Source: an uncultured Candidatus Saccharibacteria bacterium
Lineage (GTDB): Bacteria > Patescibacteriota > Minisyncoccia > Phycocordibacterales > Phycocordibacteraceae
Reading direction: 5' to 3'
Length of the DNA stretch: 64,000 bases
Assembly (NCBI GenBank): GCA_964638585.1
Contig: CAZXAN010000001.1
Span: 108,372 to 172,371 of the forward strand
Positions within the stretch are counted from its first letter, which is position 1; each line of letters starts with the position of its first letter. Positions 55,791 to 64,000 of the stretch are shown here, piece by piece. Made by a program: the position numbers and the translations under genes. The notes below the pieces were generated by a model. The model saw nothing but the letters and a program-made list of their open reading frames with translations, was not told the DNA's origin and made no database searches.

Positions 55791-58556
55791 ATGGAATCTA
55801 CACCGAAGTTGTCCACGCCTGAAGAAGAACTCGCGTATTTGCGCGAGCAGGTCGCTATCAAAGAGGCAGAGCTCTCCGAGAACGCGAGTCCTGACGAGCG
55901 CGTGCGAATTGTTTCTGAAACGATTCACGAACATCACGCAGCTCCCTCCGAGGTTCTTGCAAAAGAATATAAAATGAGCGAAGCGACTATGAACGACGAG
56001 GCTGGCGGTATATTGGCCGAGCTCAACTTGGGTAAGAACGCAGACGCGATAAAGAACCTGCAACAAACAATGGAGACAAAAGGTATCAAGAACGCGCTCT
56101 CGGTGGTGGAGAAGCTTAACAATCCGCATATTGCAGACGACTTCCATAGATTTCTTGTGCGTTATGTGGCATCTGGCTTGCCAGCGCTTGGCATTGATGA
56201 AAAGGTTCCACGATTTCAGGCACTACATATGACGCTGTATGAAATCGCGTTGCCGGAACCAAAGAACGACGAGCCAAACTCTCGTCAGAAAACGCTCAAA
56301 GAGCTCATATCGGGGATGGAACAATTCTATTCTGGGTTAATGTCGGTTGGAGAAGCGACTGTGGGCGAACCGAACTATTACGCGCTTGAGCTTGCGGTTC
56401 CAGCCAACAGTCCAGAACTGCAGTTCTATTCAGCCGTCCCGAACAGTAAAAAGGATCTATTTGAAAAACAGATCTTGGCTGTATTCCCAAACGCGCATCT
56501 GACAGAACAGCCATATGACTACAATATTTTCGCTGAATCCACTGGCGCGTCGCTCGCCTCGGTTGCAAAGTTTGCCGAAAATCCTGCACTCCCATTAAAA
56601 GACTATACCGACTTTGACTACGATCCTCTTAACGCGATAACGAACGCATTTGCAAAAATAGAAAAGATTGGAGAGGGCGCTGCGCTTCAGATAATTATTG
56701 AACCGCGCGCCGAGCGACACGTAAAGCATTACAAAAAGATTTTGCAGGCTCTGCGCAAGGGAGAAAAACACTCATCAGCTTTTAGTATTCCAGAAACAAT
56801 GCTTGGGACAATCGCGCGCGACATTAGCAAAACTCTCTTCTCAAATAAGCCAAAGGACGAGCAGAAGGCCAAAGAGGCAGAGACTCGCCAAATAGAAGCG
56901 AACAAGGCGTACATTGAACAGATTGAGAAAAAAATATCAACTCCTATTGCCGGTGTCACTATTCGTCTCGCAACATCTTCAGGTGACGAAGGCAGAGCGG
57001 GGCAGATACTCGGTGAGCTTGAGTCGGCATTCAATCAGTTTGCGAATACACAAGGAAACAGACTTAAATTTGAGCGACCAACAGGACGCGAGCTAGTGCG
57101 TACGTTTGACGAATTTTCTTTCCGCATGCCGAGCTCTTCTGCGTTACCTCTCTCTCTACGTGAGCTCACGACTATGTACCACTTCCCGCCATCTGGGATT
57201 GAGAGCTCTCCACACTTAAAGCAGTCTCGCATTACTCATGCGCCATCACCAATAGATTTGCCTAGTGCGGGAGTTCTAATTGGAGTCAACAATTATCGCG
57301 GGCACCAGACAGAGATTCGTCTAGCGCCAGAAGACAGACTTAGACATCTCTATGTTATCGGCCAAACTGGCACTGGTAAGACAGGATTGATGAAGTCAAT
57401 GATTATTCAAGACATAATAAACGGAGAAGGTTGTTGCTTTATAGACCCACACGGCTCTGACATCTTGGATATTCTCGCCGCGATACCGCCAGAACGTTAT
57501 AAAGACGTGATTTATTTTGACCCTGCAGATCTATCGCGTCCGTTCTCGCTTAACTTCTTAGAATATGATGCTTCGCGTCCAGAGCAAAAGACTTTTATTG
57601 TAAATGAGTTGTTAATGATTTTTAAAAGGCTCTACGGAGACGTTCCAGAAAGTATGGGTCCGGCGTTTGAACAATACTTCCGCAATGCAACACAGCTAGT
57701 TATGGAGGACCCGAGTAGCGGATCAACCATTCTAGATATCGCGCGCGTGCTCGCCAACAGCGAGTTCCGCAGAGAGAAGCTTGCAAAGAGTATGAATCCA
57801 ATCGTCAATCAGTTCTGGAATGAGATCGCGACAAAGGCGGGCGGAGAAGCGTCCCTGGAGAATATAGTGCCCTATATCACGAACAAGTTTGACGACTTCA
57901 CAGCGAACGACTTTATTCGTCCGATTATCGGCCAACAGGAGTCGTCATTTAAGTTTAGAGAAGTGATGGATACGAAGAAAATTCTGCTCATAAATCTTTC
58001 AAAGGGTCGTTTGGGCGAGAAGAATGCGAACCTGCTCGGCCTAATAATAGTCGGCAAACTCTTTATGGCGGCACTCTCGCGCGCGGATTCGCCAAAGGCT
58101 ATTCATCCTTCGTTCTACCTCTACATAGACGAGTTCCAGAATGTTACGACTGACTCTATTCCCGGGATTCTCTCGGAGGCGCGCAAGTACAAGCTCTCGC
58201 TCTCTGTGGCACACCAATTCCTCTCGCAGATAGAAGAGAAGACTAGGGATGCTGTCTTTGGCAATGTGGGCAATATGGCAGTATTCCGCGTTGGAGAAGA
58301 AGATGCAGAATTCTTTGCGAAGCAATTCACGCCGGTTTTTCAAGCGTTAGACTTTGTGAATATTGAAAACAGGAATGCGTATATGAAGATTCTTGCGAAT
58401 GGTATCCCGCAAAAACCATTTGATATGAGGACGCCTGACCTGCCGAAGATAAATCAGGCGCAAGTAGACGATCTAATACACCTTTCGTCACTAACTTATG
58501 GTCGCGACCGTGCTACAGTTGAAAACACCATCCGCGAGCGCTATCTAAATAAATAA
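55791..58556 (+). CDS. TraD/VirD4-like (T4CP-type) P-loop NTPase with about 470-aa N-terminal extension
   Basis: Walker A VIGQTGTGKTG, FIDPHGSD, Walker B YLYIDEFQ, VAHQFLSQIE; homologous to 10175..11377 and 6971..9751. Confidence 0.7.
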   Translation: MESTPKLSTPEEELAYLREQVAIKEAELSENASPDERVRIVSETIHEHHAAPSEVLAKEYKMSEATMNDEAGGILAELNLGKNADAIKNLQQTMETKGIKNALSVVEKLNNPHIADDFHRFLVRYVASGLPALGIDEKVPRFQALHMTLYEIALPEPKNDEPNSRQKTLKELISGMEQFYSGLMSVGEATVGEPNYYALELAVPANSPELQFYSAVPNSKKDLFEKQILAVFPNAHLTEQPYDYNIFAESTGASLASVAKFAENPALPLKDYTDFDYDPLNAITNAFAKIEKIGEGAALQIIIEPRAERHVKHYKKILQALRKGEKHSSAFSIPETMLGTIARDISKTLFSNKPKDEQKAKEAETRQIEANKAYIEQIEKKISTPIAGVTIRLATSSGDEGRAGQILGELESAFNQFANTQGNRLKFERPTGRELVRTFDEFSFRMPSSSALPLSLRELTTMYHFPPSGIESSPHLKQSRITHAPSPIDLPSAGVLIGVNNYRGHQTEIRLAPEDRLRHLYVIGQTGTGKTGLMKSMIIQDIINGEGCCFIDPHGSDILDILAAIPPERYKDVIYFDPADLSRPFSLNFLEYDASRPEQKTFIVNELLMIFKRLYGDVPESMGPAFEQYFRNATQLVMEDPSSGSTILDIARVLANSEFRREKLAKSMNPIVNQFWNEIATKAGGEASLENIVPYITNKFDDFTANDFIRPIIGQQESSFKFREVMDTKKILLINLSKGRLGEKNANLLGLIIVGKLFMAALSRADSPKAIHPSFYLYIDEFQNVTTDSIPGILSEARKYKLSLSVAHQFLSQIEEKTRDAVFGNVGNMAVFRVGEEDAEFFAKQFTPVFQALDFVNIENRNAYMKILANGIPQKPFDMRTPDLPKINQAQVDDLIHLSSLTYGRDRATVENTIRERYLNK

Positions 58557-58731
58557 TATGTCTGAAAGAATGCCAAAAGAAAGTAATATAAAACCACAGG
58601 AGACCGATCAGGGAGATACCCACTTGCAATTGGTTGAAAAATTGCGGAAAATTCTCTCTGAGTTTCCAGACCGCTTGCCAGAATAATTCGTGTTATGCTA
58701 CTACCTGTACACTGATTATAATTTATAAATT

Positions 58732-59250
58732 ATGAAGCCAACACAAACAGCCATAGCGGTAGCACTCGCAGTCGGAGTTGTAGCATTCTTTTTCATGTTT
58801 AACGGGCTTTCGTTCTTTGAGGGTCAACAACAGCAACCATCCTCGGTTGATCAGGCACAAATATTACAAACAGAAACAACCCAAACAACTATGCCAGCAA
58901 ATGATGTTACGCAGTTACAAGTTACTGACGAAGTTGTCGGCACAGGTGCTACTGCAGTTGCTGGAAACAGCGTAACTGTAAATTATGTGGGATCGTTTAC
59001 TAATGGAACAGTCTTTGACGCGTCAGCGAGCCATCCAGAGACTGCAAACGGCTTTACGTTTGTTCTTGGGGCAGGGCAGGTTATAAAGGGCTGGGACGAC
59101 GGTGTTGCTGGTATGAAGGTGGGAGGCAAGCGCAAGCTAGTTGTACCCGCGTCTCTTGGTTACGGACCAAATGACTACGGACCGATCCCAGGCAATTCAA
59201 CGCTCGTTTTTGAAGTTGAGCTATTGAAGGTGCAAAAGGCAGGACAGTAA
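58732..59250 (+). CDS. FKBP-type peptidyl-prolyl cis-trans isomerase with N-terminal anchor
   Basis: VTVNYVGSFTNGTVFD...VIKGWDDGVAGMKVGGKRKLVVPASLGYG. Confidence 0.85.
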   Translation: MKPTQTAIAVALAVGVVAFFFMFNGLSFFEGQQQQPSSVDQAQILQTETTQTTMPANDVTQLQVTDEVVGTGATAVAGNSVTVNYVGSFTNGTVFDASASHPETANGFTFVLGAGQVIKGWDDGVAGMKVGGKRKLVVPASLGYGPNDYGPIPGNSTLVFEVELLKVQKAGQ

Positions 59251-59264
59251 TGTAGAAATAGGGG

Positions 59265-60536
59265 ATGGGAGCATTCTCATTCAAGATAGAAAGCACGGCC
59301 GCTAAAAGCGGTCGTGCTGGCTTATTGGTTACGCCGCACGGCGATATCCGTACGCCTGCGTTCTCACCAGTCGGCACGAAGGCTTCTGTGAAGGGGATTC
59401 TGCCCGAGCAGTTGAAGGCACTCGGCGCTGAAGTTGTGCTAGCGAATACATATCACCTGTATCTCCAGCCAGGCGAGGATATAGTGCGCGAGGCCGGAGG
59501 ACTCGCGAAGTTTATGGGCTGGAAAGGCTTGCCCCGCGAAGGTTTACCGGAGTGGGGGCCCACGATTACTGATTCGGGCGGCTTCCAGGTCTTCTCGCTT
59601 GGCGCAGGTTTCGGCAAAAAAGTCTCAAAATTTGATGTCGGGACGTACGACGTCCCGACATCTGACGGGCTTGCGGTATTTGATGAAGAATTTGCGACTT
59701 CTCATGGTAAGTTAGCAATAATAGACGACGAAGGCGTCTCATTTACTTCTCACTTGGACGGCTCGCTTCACCGCTTCACTCCAGAACGCTCTGTAGAGAT
59801 TCAGCATGCGCTCGGCGCGGACATCTTCTTCGCTTTTGACGAGTGCACTGCTCCGACGGAGACGTATGAATACCAGAAGGAAGCGATGGAGCGCACGCAC
59901 CGCTGGGCCGAGAGAAGTCTGAAAGCTCATCGACAGAAACTGCCTACTGCTAACTGCCTACCGCAAGCTATCTTCGGTATTGCACAAGGAGGTCAATTTG
60001 ACGACTTGCGCAAGCTGAGCGCGAAAGCCATTTCTGAAATGGGCTTTGACGGCTTCGGCCTCGGCGGTTCTTTTTCAAAAAAATATGGCGACGACTCTCT
60101 AGAATCTGCCCTCGAGATGCTAAAAGAGTTGCCGCCCGAGATGCCCGTACACGGCCTCGGCATCGGCGAGCCCGGCGACATTCTCGCGGCCATCGCCGCG
60201 GGCGTTGACATCTTTGACTGCGTCGCGCCCACTCGCCTCGGACGTCATGGCTCTATTTACACCCCCCACGGCCTCTTGCATCTCAAAAACGAGAAATACC
60301 ACTCCGACTTCACGCTACTTTCTAATGTAGGACGTACTACGTCCTACATGGGCGGAGAATTCACATTGGCGTATGTGTCGCATCTCTTGCGTTCAGGCGA
60401 AATGCTTGGCGCCATCATCGCCTCCATGCACAATCTAAAATTTATCTTGGACCTCGTCTCCGGCGCCCGCGCCGCAATCTTGGATGGACGTTTTGAACAA
60501 TATCGTGCAGACTTTGTAGGCGAATACTATGGCTAA
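59265..60536 (+). CDS. tgt: queuine tRNA-ribosyltransferase (tRNA-guanine transglycosylase)
   Basis: TPAFSPVGT, LANTYHL, FAFDECT (catalytic Asp region), C-terminal zinc-site region. Confidence 0.9.
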   Translation: MGAFSFKIESTAAKSGRAGLLVTPHGDIRTPAFSPVGTKASVKGILPEQLKALGAEVVLANTYHLYLQPGEDIVREAGGLAKFMGWKGLPREGLPEWGPTITDSGGFQVFSLGAGFGKKVSKFDVGTYDVPTSDGLAVFDEEFATSHGKLAIIDDEGVSFTSHLDGSLHRFTPERSVEIQHALGADIFFAFDECTAPTETYEYQKEAMERTHRWAERSLKAHRQKLPTANCLPQAIFGIAQGGQFDDLRKLSAKAISEMGFDGFGLGGSFSKKYGDDSLESALEMLKELPPEMPVHGLGIGEPGDILAAIAAGVDIFDCVAPTRLGRHGSIYTPHGLLHLKNEKYHSDFTLLSNVGRTTSYMGGEFTLAYVSHLLRSGEMLGAIIASMHNLKFILDLVSGARAAILDGRFEQYRADFVGEYYG

Positions 60537-62631
60537 TTTCAAACTACATTTACCGTTCCAGCCCGCAGGCGACCAGCCGGTGGCTATTAAGAAGCTGGAA
60601 GAGGGATTGGAAAAGGGAATGCGTCATCAGACGCTTTTTGGCGTGACTGGCTCTGGCAAGACGTTTACCGTGGCGAATGTCATAGCGAAAAACGATAAAC
60701 CGACACTAGTGCTTGCGCACAACAAAACACTCGCCGCCCAGCTCGCACAAGAGTACAGAGAATTCTTCCCCGAGAATGCCGTGCACTATTTCGTCTCGTA
60801 CTACGACTACTACCAGCCCGAAGCGTATATCGCACACTCTGACACTTATATAGAGAAAGAGGCGATGATAAATGCCGAGATAGATAGACTTCGTCATGCG
60901 GCGACGCAGGCTTTGCTCACACGCAAAGACGTAATAATAGTCGCATCGGTGTCTGCTATCTACGGCCTCGGTTCGCCAGAAGAATATCAGAAAGTGCATG
61001 TCAAGATTGAGGTGGGTGCAAAAGAAGATAGAGCTGCACTTATCAGAAAGCTCGTTAATATCTATTTCGAGCGGACAATCGCAGACTTGAATCCGGGTCA
61101 ACTTCGCGCTATCGGCAACTCGCTAGAGTTTATGCCGGTAAACGAACGGGTTATATATCGCGTCGTTTTTTCTGGCGACGTTGTTTCTGCAATAGAAAAA
61201 TTAGATCCAGTGTCGCGAGCCAGACAAGCAGAACCAAAAAACGTTTTCGTATTCCCGGCGAAGCACTTTATTACAAGCGAAGAAGAGAGAGACAGAGCTA
61301 TAGCAGATATTAAACTAGAGCTAGAAGAACAGCTCGCGAAGTTTAAGAGAGAAGAGAAGCCATTGGAAGCAGAGAGGTTAAAGAGACGCACGATGCACGA
61401 CATGGCGCTTATTAAAGAACTTGGCTACACAAGTGGTATCGAGAATTATTCGAGACACTTCGACGGGCGTGCCCCGGGACAGCCGCCTCATACGCTCCTC
61501 TCTTATTTCCCCCATAAACGCGACGGCTCTGCTGATTTTCTTACCGTGATAGACGAATCGCACGTCACCGTGCCGCAGATCGGTGGCATGTATGCAGGAG
61601 ATAAATCGAGAAAAGACGTGCTCGTCGAATACGGCTTCCGTCTACCTTCTGCACGAGACAACCGACCCCTAAGGTTTGAAGAATTTGAGGAACGAGTTGG
61701 GCAGGTGCTCTACACGAGCGCGACACCAGGGCCGTATGAGAAGTCGCATTCAGAGCAGATTGTAGAGCAAGTTATTCGTCCGACCGGTCTCATAGACCCC
61801 GAGCTTGTTGTCCGTCCTGTATCTGATGAGAGTTCGTTAAGTCCAACGGTCGTGAGAGATAACGAACATGCAGGTTACAAAGGCCAGATCGCAGATTTTA
61901 TAGCTGAGGCAGAGAAGACTATTAAGGGCGGCGGTAGAGTGCTCGCGACGACACTCACTAAACAGATGTCTGAAGATTTGTCATCGTTTCTGAAAGAGAA
62001 AGGAATTAAGGCAGAATATTTACATTCTGATGTTAAGACGATAGATCGCATTGATATCCTCACCAACTTTAGAAAGGGTGAGTTTGATATTCTTGTAGGC
62101 GTGAACCTGCTTCGAGAGGGTCTAGATCTGCCGGAAGTTGAGTTGATAGGCATACTAGATGCTGATAAAGAAGGCTTTTTACGCAGCGAGACTTCGCTTA
62201 TACAAACTATTGGCCGTGCGGCGAGAAACGTGCTGGGCAGAGTGATTCTCTACGCAGATGTTATGACCGGCTCTCTAGAACGCGCGATATCAGAAACAAA
62301 TAGACGCAGGTCTCTCCAAGTCGCATATAACACGAAGCATGGCATTACGCCGATGACGATTAAAAAAGAAATTCACGACATCGCGGCAAGCATGCGGACG
62401 GAGCATCAAAGGACTATAGACGAGCTACTCGTCCTGGATACTATTGCATATAAAGACGATCCTGCAGTATTTATAAAGAGAAAGAGGGAAGAGATGGCAG
62501 AGGCGGTTGAGCAACTGGACTTTGAAACCGCAGCCCTCATCCGCGACGAGATCTATAAACTAGAAGGTCCGCCAGCTGGCGGACGGCCCTATAGAAAACC
62601 CCGCACTCGCAAACCGCTTTCAGGTTCGTAA
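60529..62631 (+). CDS. uvrB: excinuclease ABC subunit B
   Basis: FGVTGSGKTFT Walker A, YYDYYQPEAY beta-hairpin, helicase motifs, C-terminal UVR domain. Confidence 0.95.
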   Translation: MANFKLHLPFQPAGDQPVAIKKLEEGLEKGMRHQTLFGVTGSGKTFTVANVIAKNDKPTLVLAHNKTLAAQLAQEYREFFPENAVHYFVSYYDYYQPEAYIAHSDTYIEKEAMINAEIDRLRHAATQALLTRKDVIIVASVSAIYGLGSPEEYQKVHVKIEVGAKEDRAALIRKLVNIYFERTIADLNPGQLRAIGNSLEFMPVNERVIYRVVFSGDVVSAIEKLDPVSRARQAEPKNVFVFPAKHFITSEEERDRAIADIKLELEEQLAKFKREEKPLEAERLKRRTMHDMALIKELGYTSGIENYSRHFDGRAPGQPPHTLLSYFPHKRDGSADFLTVIDESHVTVPQIGGMYAGDKSRKDVLVEYGFRLPSARDNRPLRFEEFEERVGQVLYTSATPGPYEKSHSEQIVEQVIRPTGLIDPELVVRPVSDESSLSPTVVRDNEHAGYKGQIADFIAEAEKTIKGGGRVLATTLTKQMSEDLSSFLKEKGIKAEYLHSDVKTIDRIDILTNFRKGEFDILVGVNLLREGLDLPEVELIGILDADKEGFLRSETSLIQTIGRAARNVLGRVILYADVMTGSLERAISETNRRRSLQVAYNTKHGITPMTIKKEIHDIAASMRTEHQRTIDELLVLDTIAYKDDPAVFIKRKREEMAEAVEQLDFETAALIRDEIYKLEGPPAGGRPYRKPRTRKPLSGS

Positions 62632-62723
62632 TTAGAGTGATATAATCACACCGTACCTGCCCCGCCACGGGCAGGAGGTCGCGTTTCAATCGACGTCAAC
62701 GCGACACGATTTCGCAAAATCGC

Positions 62724-64000
62724 ATGCAAAAGAAAACACAAACAGCGAAAGAGCATCACCATAAACACGGGAGTGACTGGCTCACCGTGAAGGGTGCGCG
62801 CACCCATAATTTAAAAAATATAGATGTCGCGATGCCGCGCGGAGCGATGACGGTGATTACTGGATTGTCAGGAAGCGGGAAGTCGTCCTTAGCTTTTGAC
62901 ACTATCTTCGCCGAGGGTCAGAGGCGTTATGTTGAGTCTCTATCTGCGTATGCAAGACAATTTCTGAATCAAATGGCGAAGCCGGACGTCGACGAGATAA
63001 GCGGCCTCTCGCCGGCCATTTCAATTGATCAAAAGAGCCGCTCTAATAATCCGCGCTCTACAGTCGCAACTGTTACTGAAATTTACGATTATTTGCGTGT
63101 GCTCTACGCGCGCGCGGGACAGCCGTATTGTATTCACCATGATGTGCCGATAGTGCGGCTGTCTAAAGAGGAGATGATCAAGATGGTGTTTGAACGTGTT
63201 GAAGCGCGCCGTGCCGGGCGAGGAGTCACCTCGCAACGAGGAGACACCTCACAAGTCATGGGGGTCGCTGTTGATAAGACAGCGGTAACTATTTATGCGC
63301 CGGTCGTGGTGGGCAGAAAGGGCGAATATTATCAGATGCTCTATGACCTGTTGGGTAAGGGGTACGATAGGGTCGTTGTAGACGGCAAGACGCAGTCGCT
63401 CCGTGAGAAGATAGTGCTGGATAGAAATAAGAGACACGATATTGATGCAGTTGTTGATACTATTTTTGTATCAGAATTTATACGGACCACACAGGGAGCG
63501 CGCGAGCGCTTATCAGAGGCTCTGGAGCTTGCTCTTAAAGAGTCAGGAGGGCTTGTGAAGATCAAACATGCTGATGGCACGACAGAAACGCTGTCGTCAA
63601 AGTTTATTTGCCCCGACGACGGCTCGTCCTTCCCCGAAGTAGAGCCGCGTCTTTTCTCGTTTAACTCTCCCTACGGTGCATGTCCAAATTGTCACGGTCT
63701 AGGCACAGAGTCGCTCTTCTCTGAAGAAATTTGTCCCGTCTGCGAAGGAAAAAGATTAAGGCCAGAAGCGTTGCGCGTGTTTTTAAAGTCAAAGAAAGAT
63801 AAAACATTAGGTAAAAGCATAGTGGACTTCACCAACATGTCTATCAGAGAAGCAAAAGATTTTGTGGATTCTATAGAGCTGTCAGAAATGAAATACGATA
63901 TCGCGATGCCTATTCTTAAGGAAATAGATGCTCGGCTTACTTTTATGCTGAACGTCGGTTTGGATTACTTAACTCTTAACCGCTCGGCCGCAACTCTTTC
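62724..64000 (+). CDS. uvrA: excinuclease ABC subunit A, 5' partial (runs off window end)
   Basis: [49 protein letters not shown]; no stop before position 64000. Confidence 0.9.
   Translation, partial: MQKKTQTAKEHHHKHGSDWLTVKGARTHNLKNIDVAMPRGAMTVITGLSGSGKSSLAFDTIFAEGQRRYVESLSAYARQFLNQMAKPDVDEISGLSPAISIDQKSRSNNPRSTVATVTEIYDYLRVLYARAGQPYCIHHDVPIVRLSKEEMIKMVFERVEARRAGRGVTSQRGDTSQVMGVAVDKTAVTIYAPVVVGRKGEYYQMLYDLLGKGYDRVVVDGKTQSLREKIVLDRNKRHDIDAVVDTIFVSEFIRTTQGARERLSEALELALKESGGLVKIKHADGTTETLSSKFICPDDGSSFPEVEPRLFSFNSPYGACPNCHGLGTESLFSEEICPVCEGKRLRPEALRVFLKSKKDKTLGKSIVDFTNMSIREAKDFVDSIELSEMKYDIAMPILKEIDARLTFMLNVGLDYLTLNRSAATL

Noticed and set aside
1-64000. CRISPR arrays, tRNA or rRNA genes
   Set aside because: No short direct-repeat arrays with unique spacers were seen. 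No cloverleaf-like or rRNA-like conserved stretches were seen in any intergenic region (2781-3030, 6826-6970, 22072-22423, 50348-50533, 58557-58731, 62632-62723 checked by eye).

Overview
The window has two parts. Positions 1 to about 48.7 kb are a mosaic accessory region; positions 48.7 to 64 kb are a housekeeping backbone that resembles a Patescibacteria/CPR-type genome (rdgB, csaA-like, pyrD, DsbA-like, ZIP transporter, DedA, FKBP, tgt, uvrB, uvrA). The accessory region opens with a large serine recombinase and carries many defence-like or conflict-like modules. These are: (1) a PP2C phosphatase plus two Hanks-type Ser/Thr kinases in a translationally coupled operon; (2) two adjacent TraD/VirD4-like P-loop ATPases, one with a nuclease-like tail, both homologous to a backbone gene at 55.8 kb; (3) RadC; (4) a DprA/ComF-like phosphoribosyltransferase operon bracketed by XRE regulators; (5) a ubiquitin-like conjugation module (Ubl, E2-like/ThiF E1 fusion, DUF6527-like protein) with divergent XRE/ImmA regulators; (6) a NACHT-HEAT-FGE STAND protein inside a small metabolic cluster; (7) a SIR2-like gene split by an IS21 element, next to an IS66 element with 8-bp target duplications; (8) an Avs-like Mrr-STAND-TPR protein; (9) a 972-aa SF2 helicase with a large uncharacterised C-terminal domain; (10) a group II intron inserted just after a terminator hairpin downstream of a MazF/PemK-like toxin. 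A family of paired, convergent small ORFs is repeated four to five times (sometimes with an RHH/CopG gene and a conserved palindrome). These copies delimit most of the modules, and the last copy abuts the backbone junction. I found no rRNA, tRNA or CRISPR arrays. Functional calls rest on motif-level recognition, not database searches.
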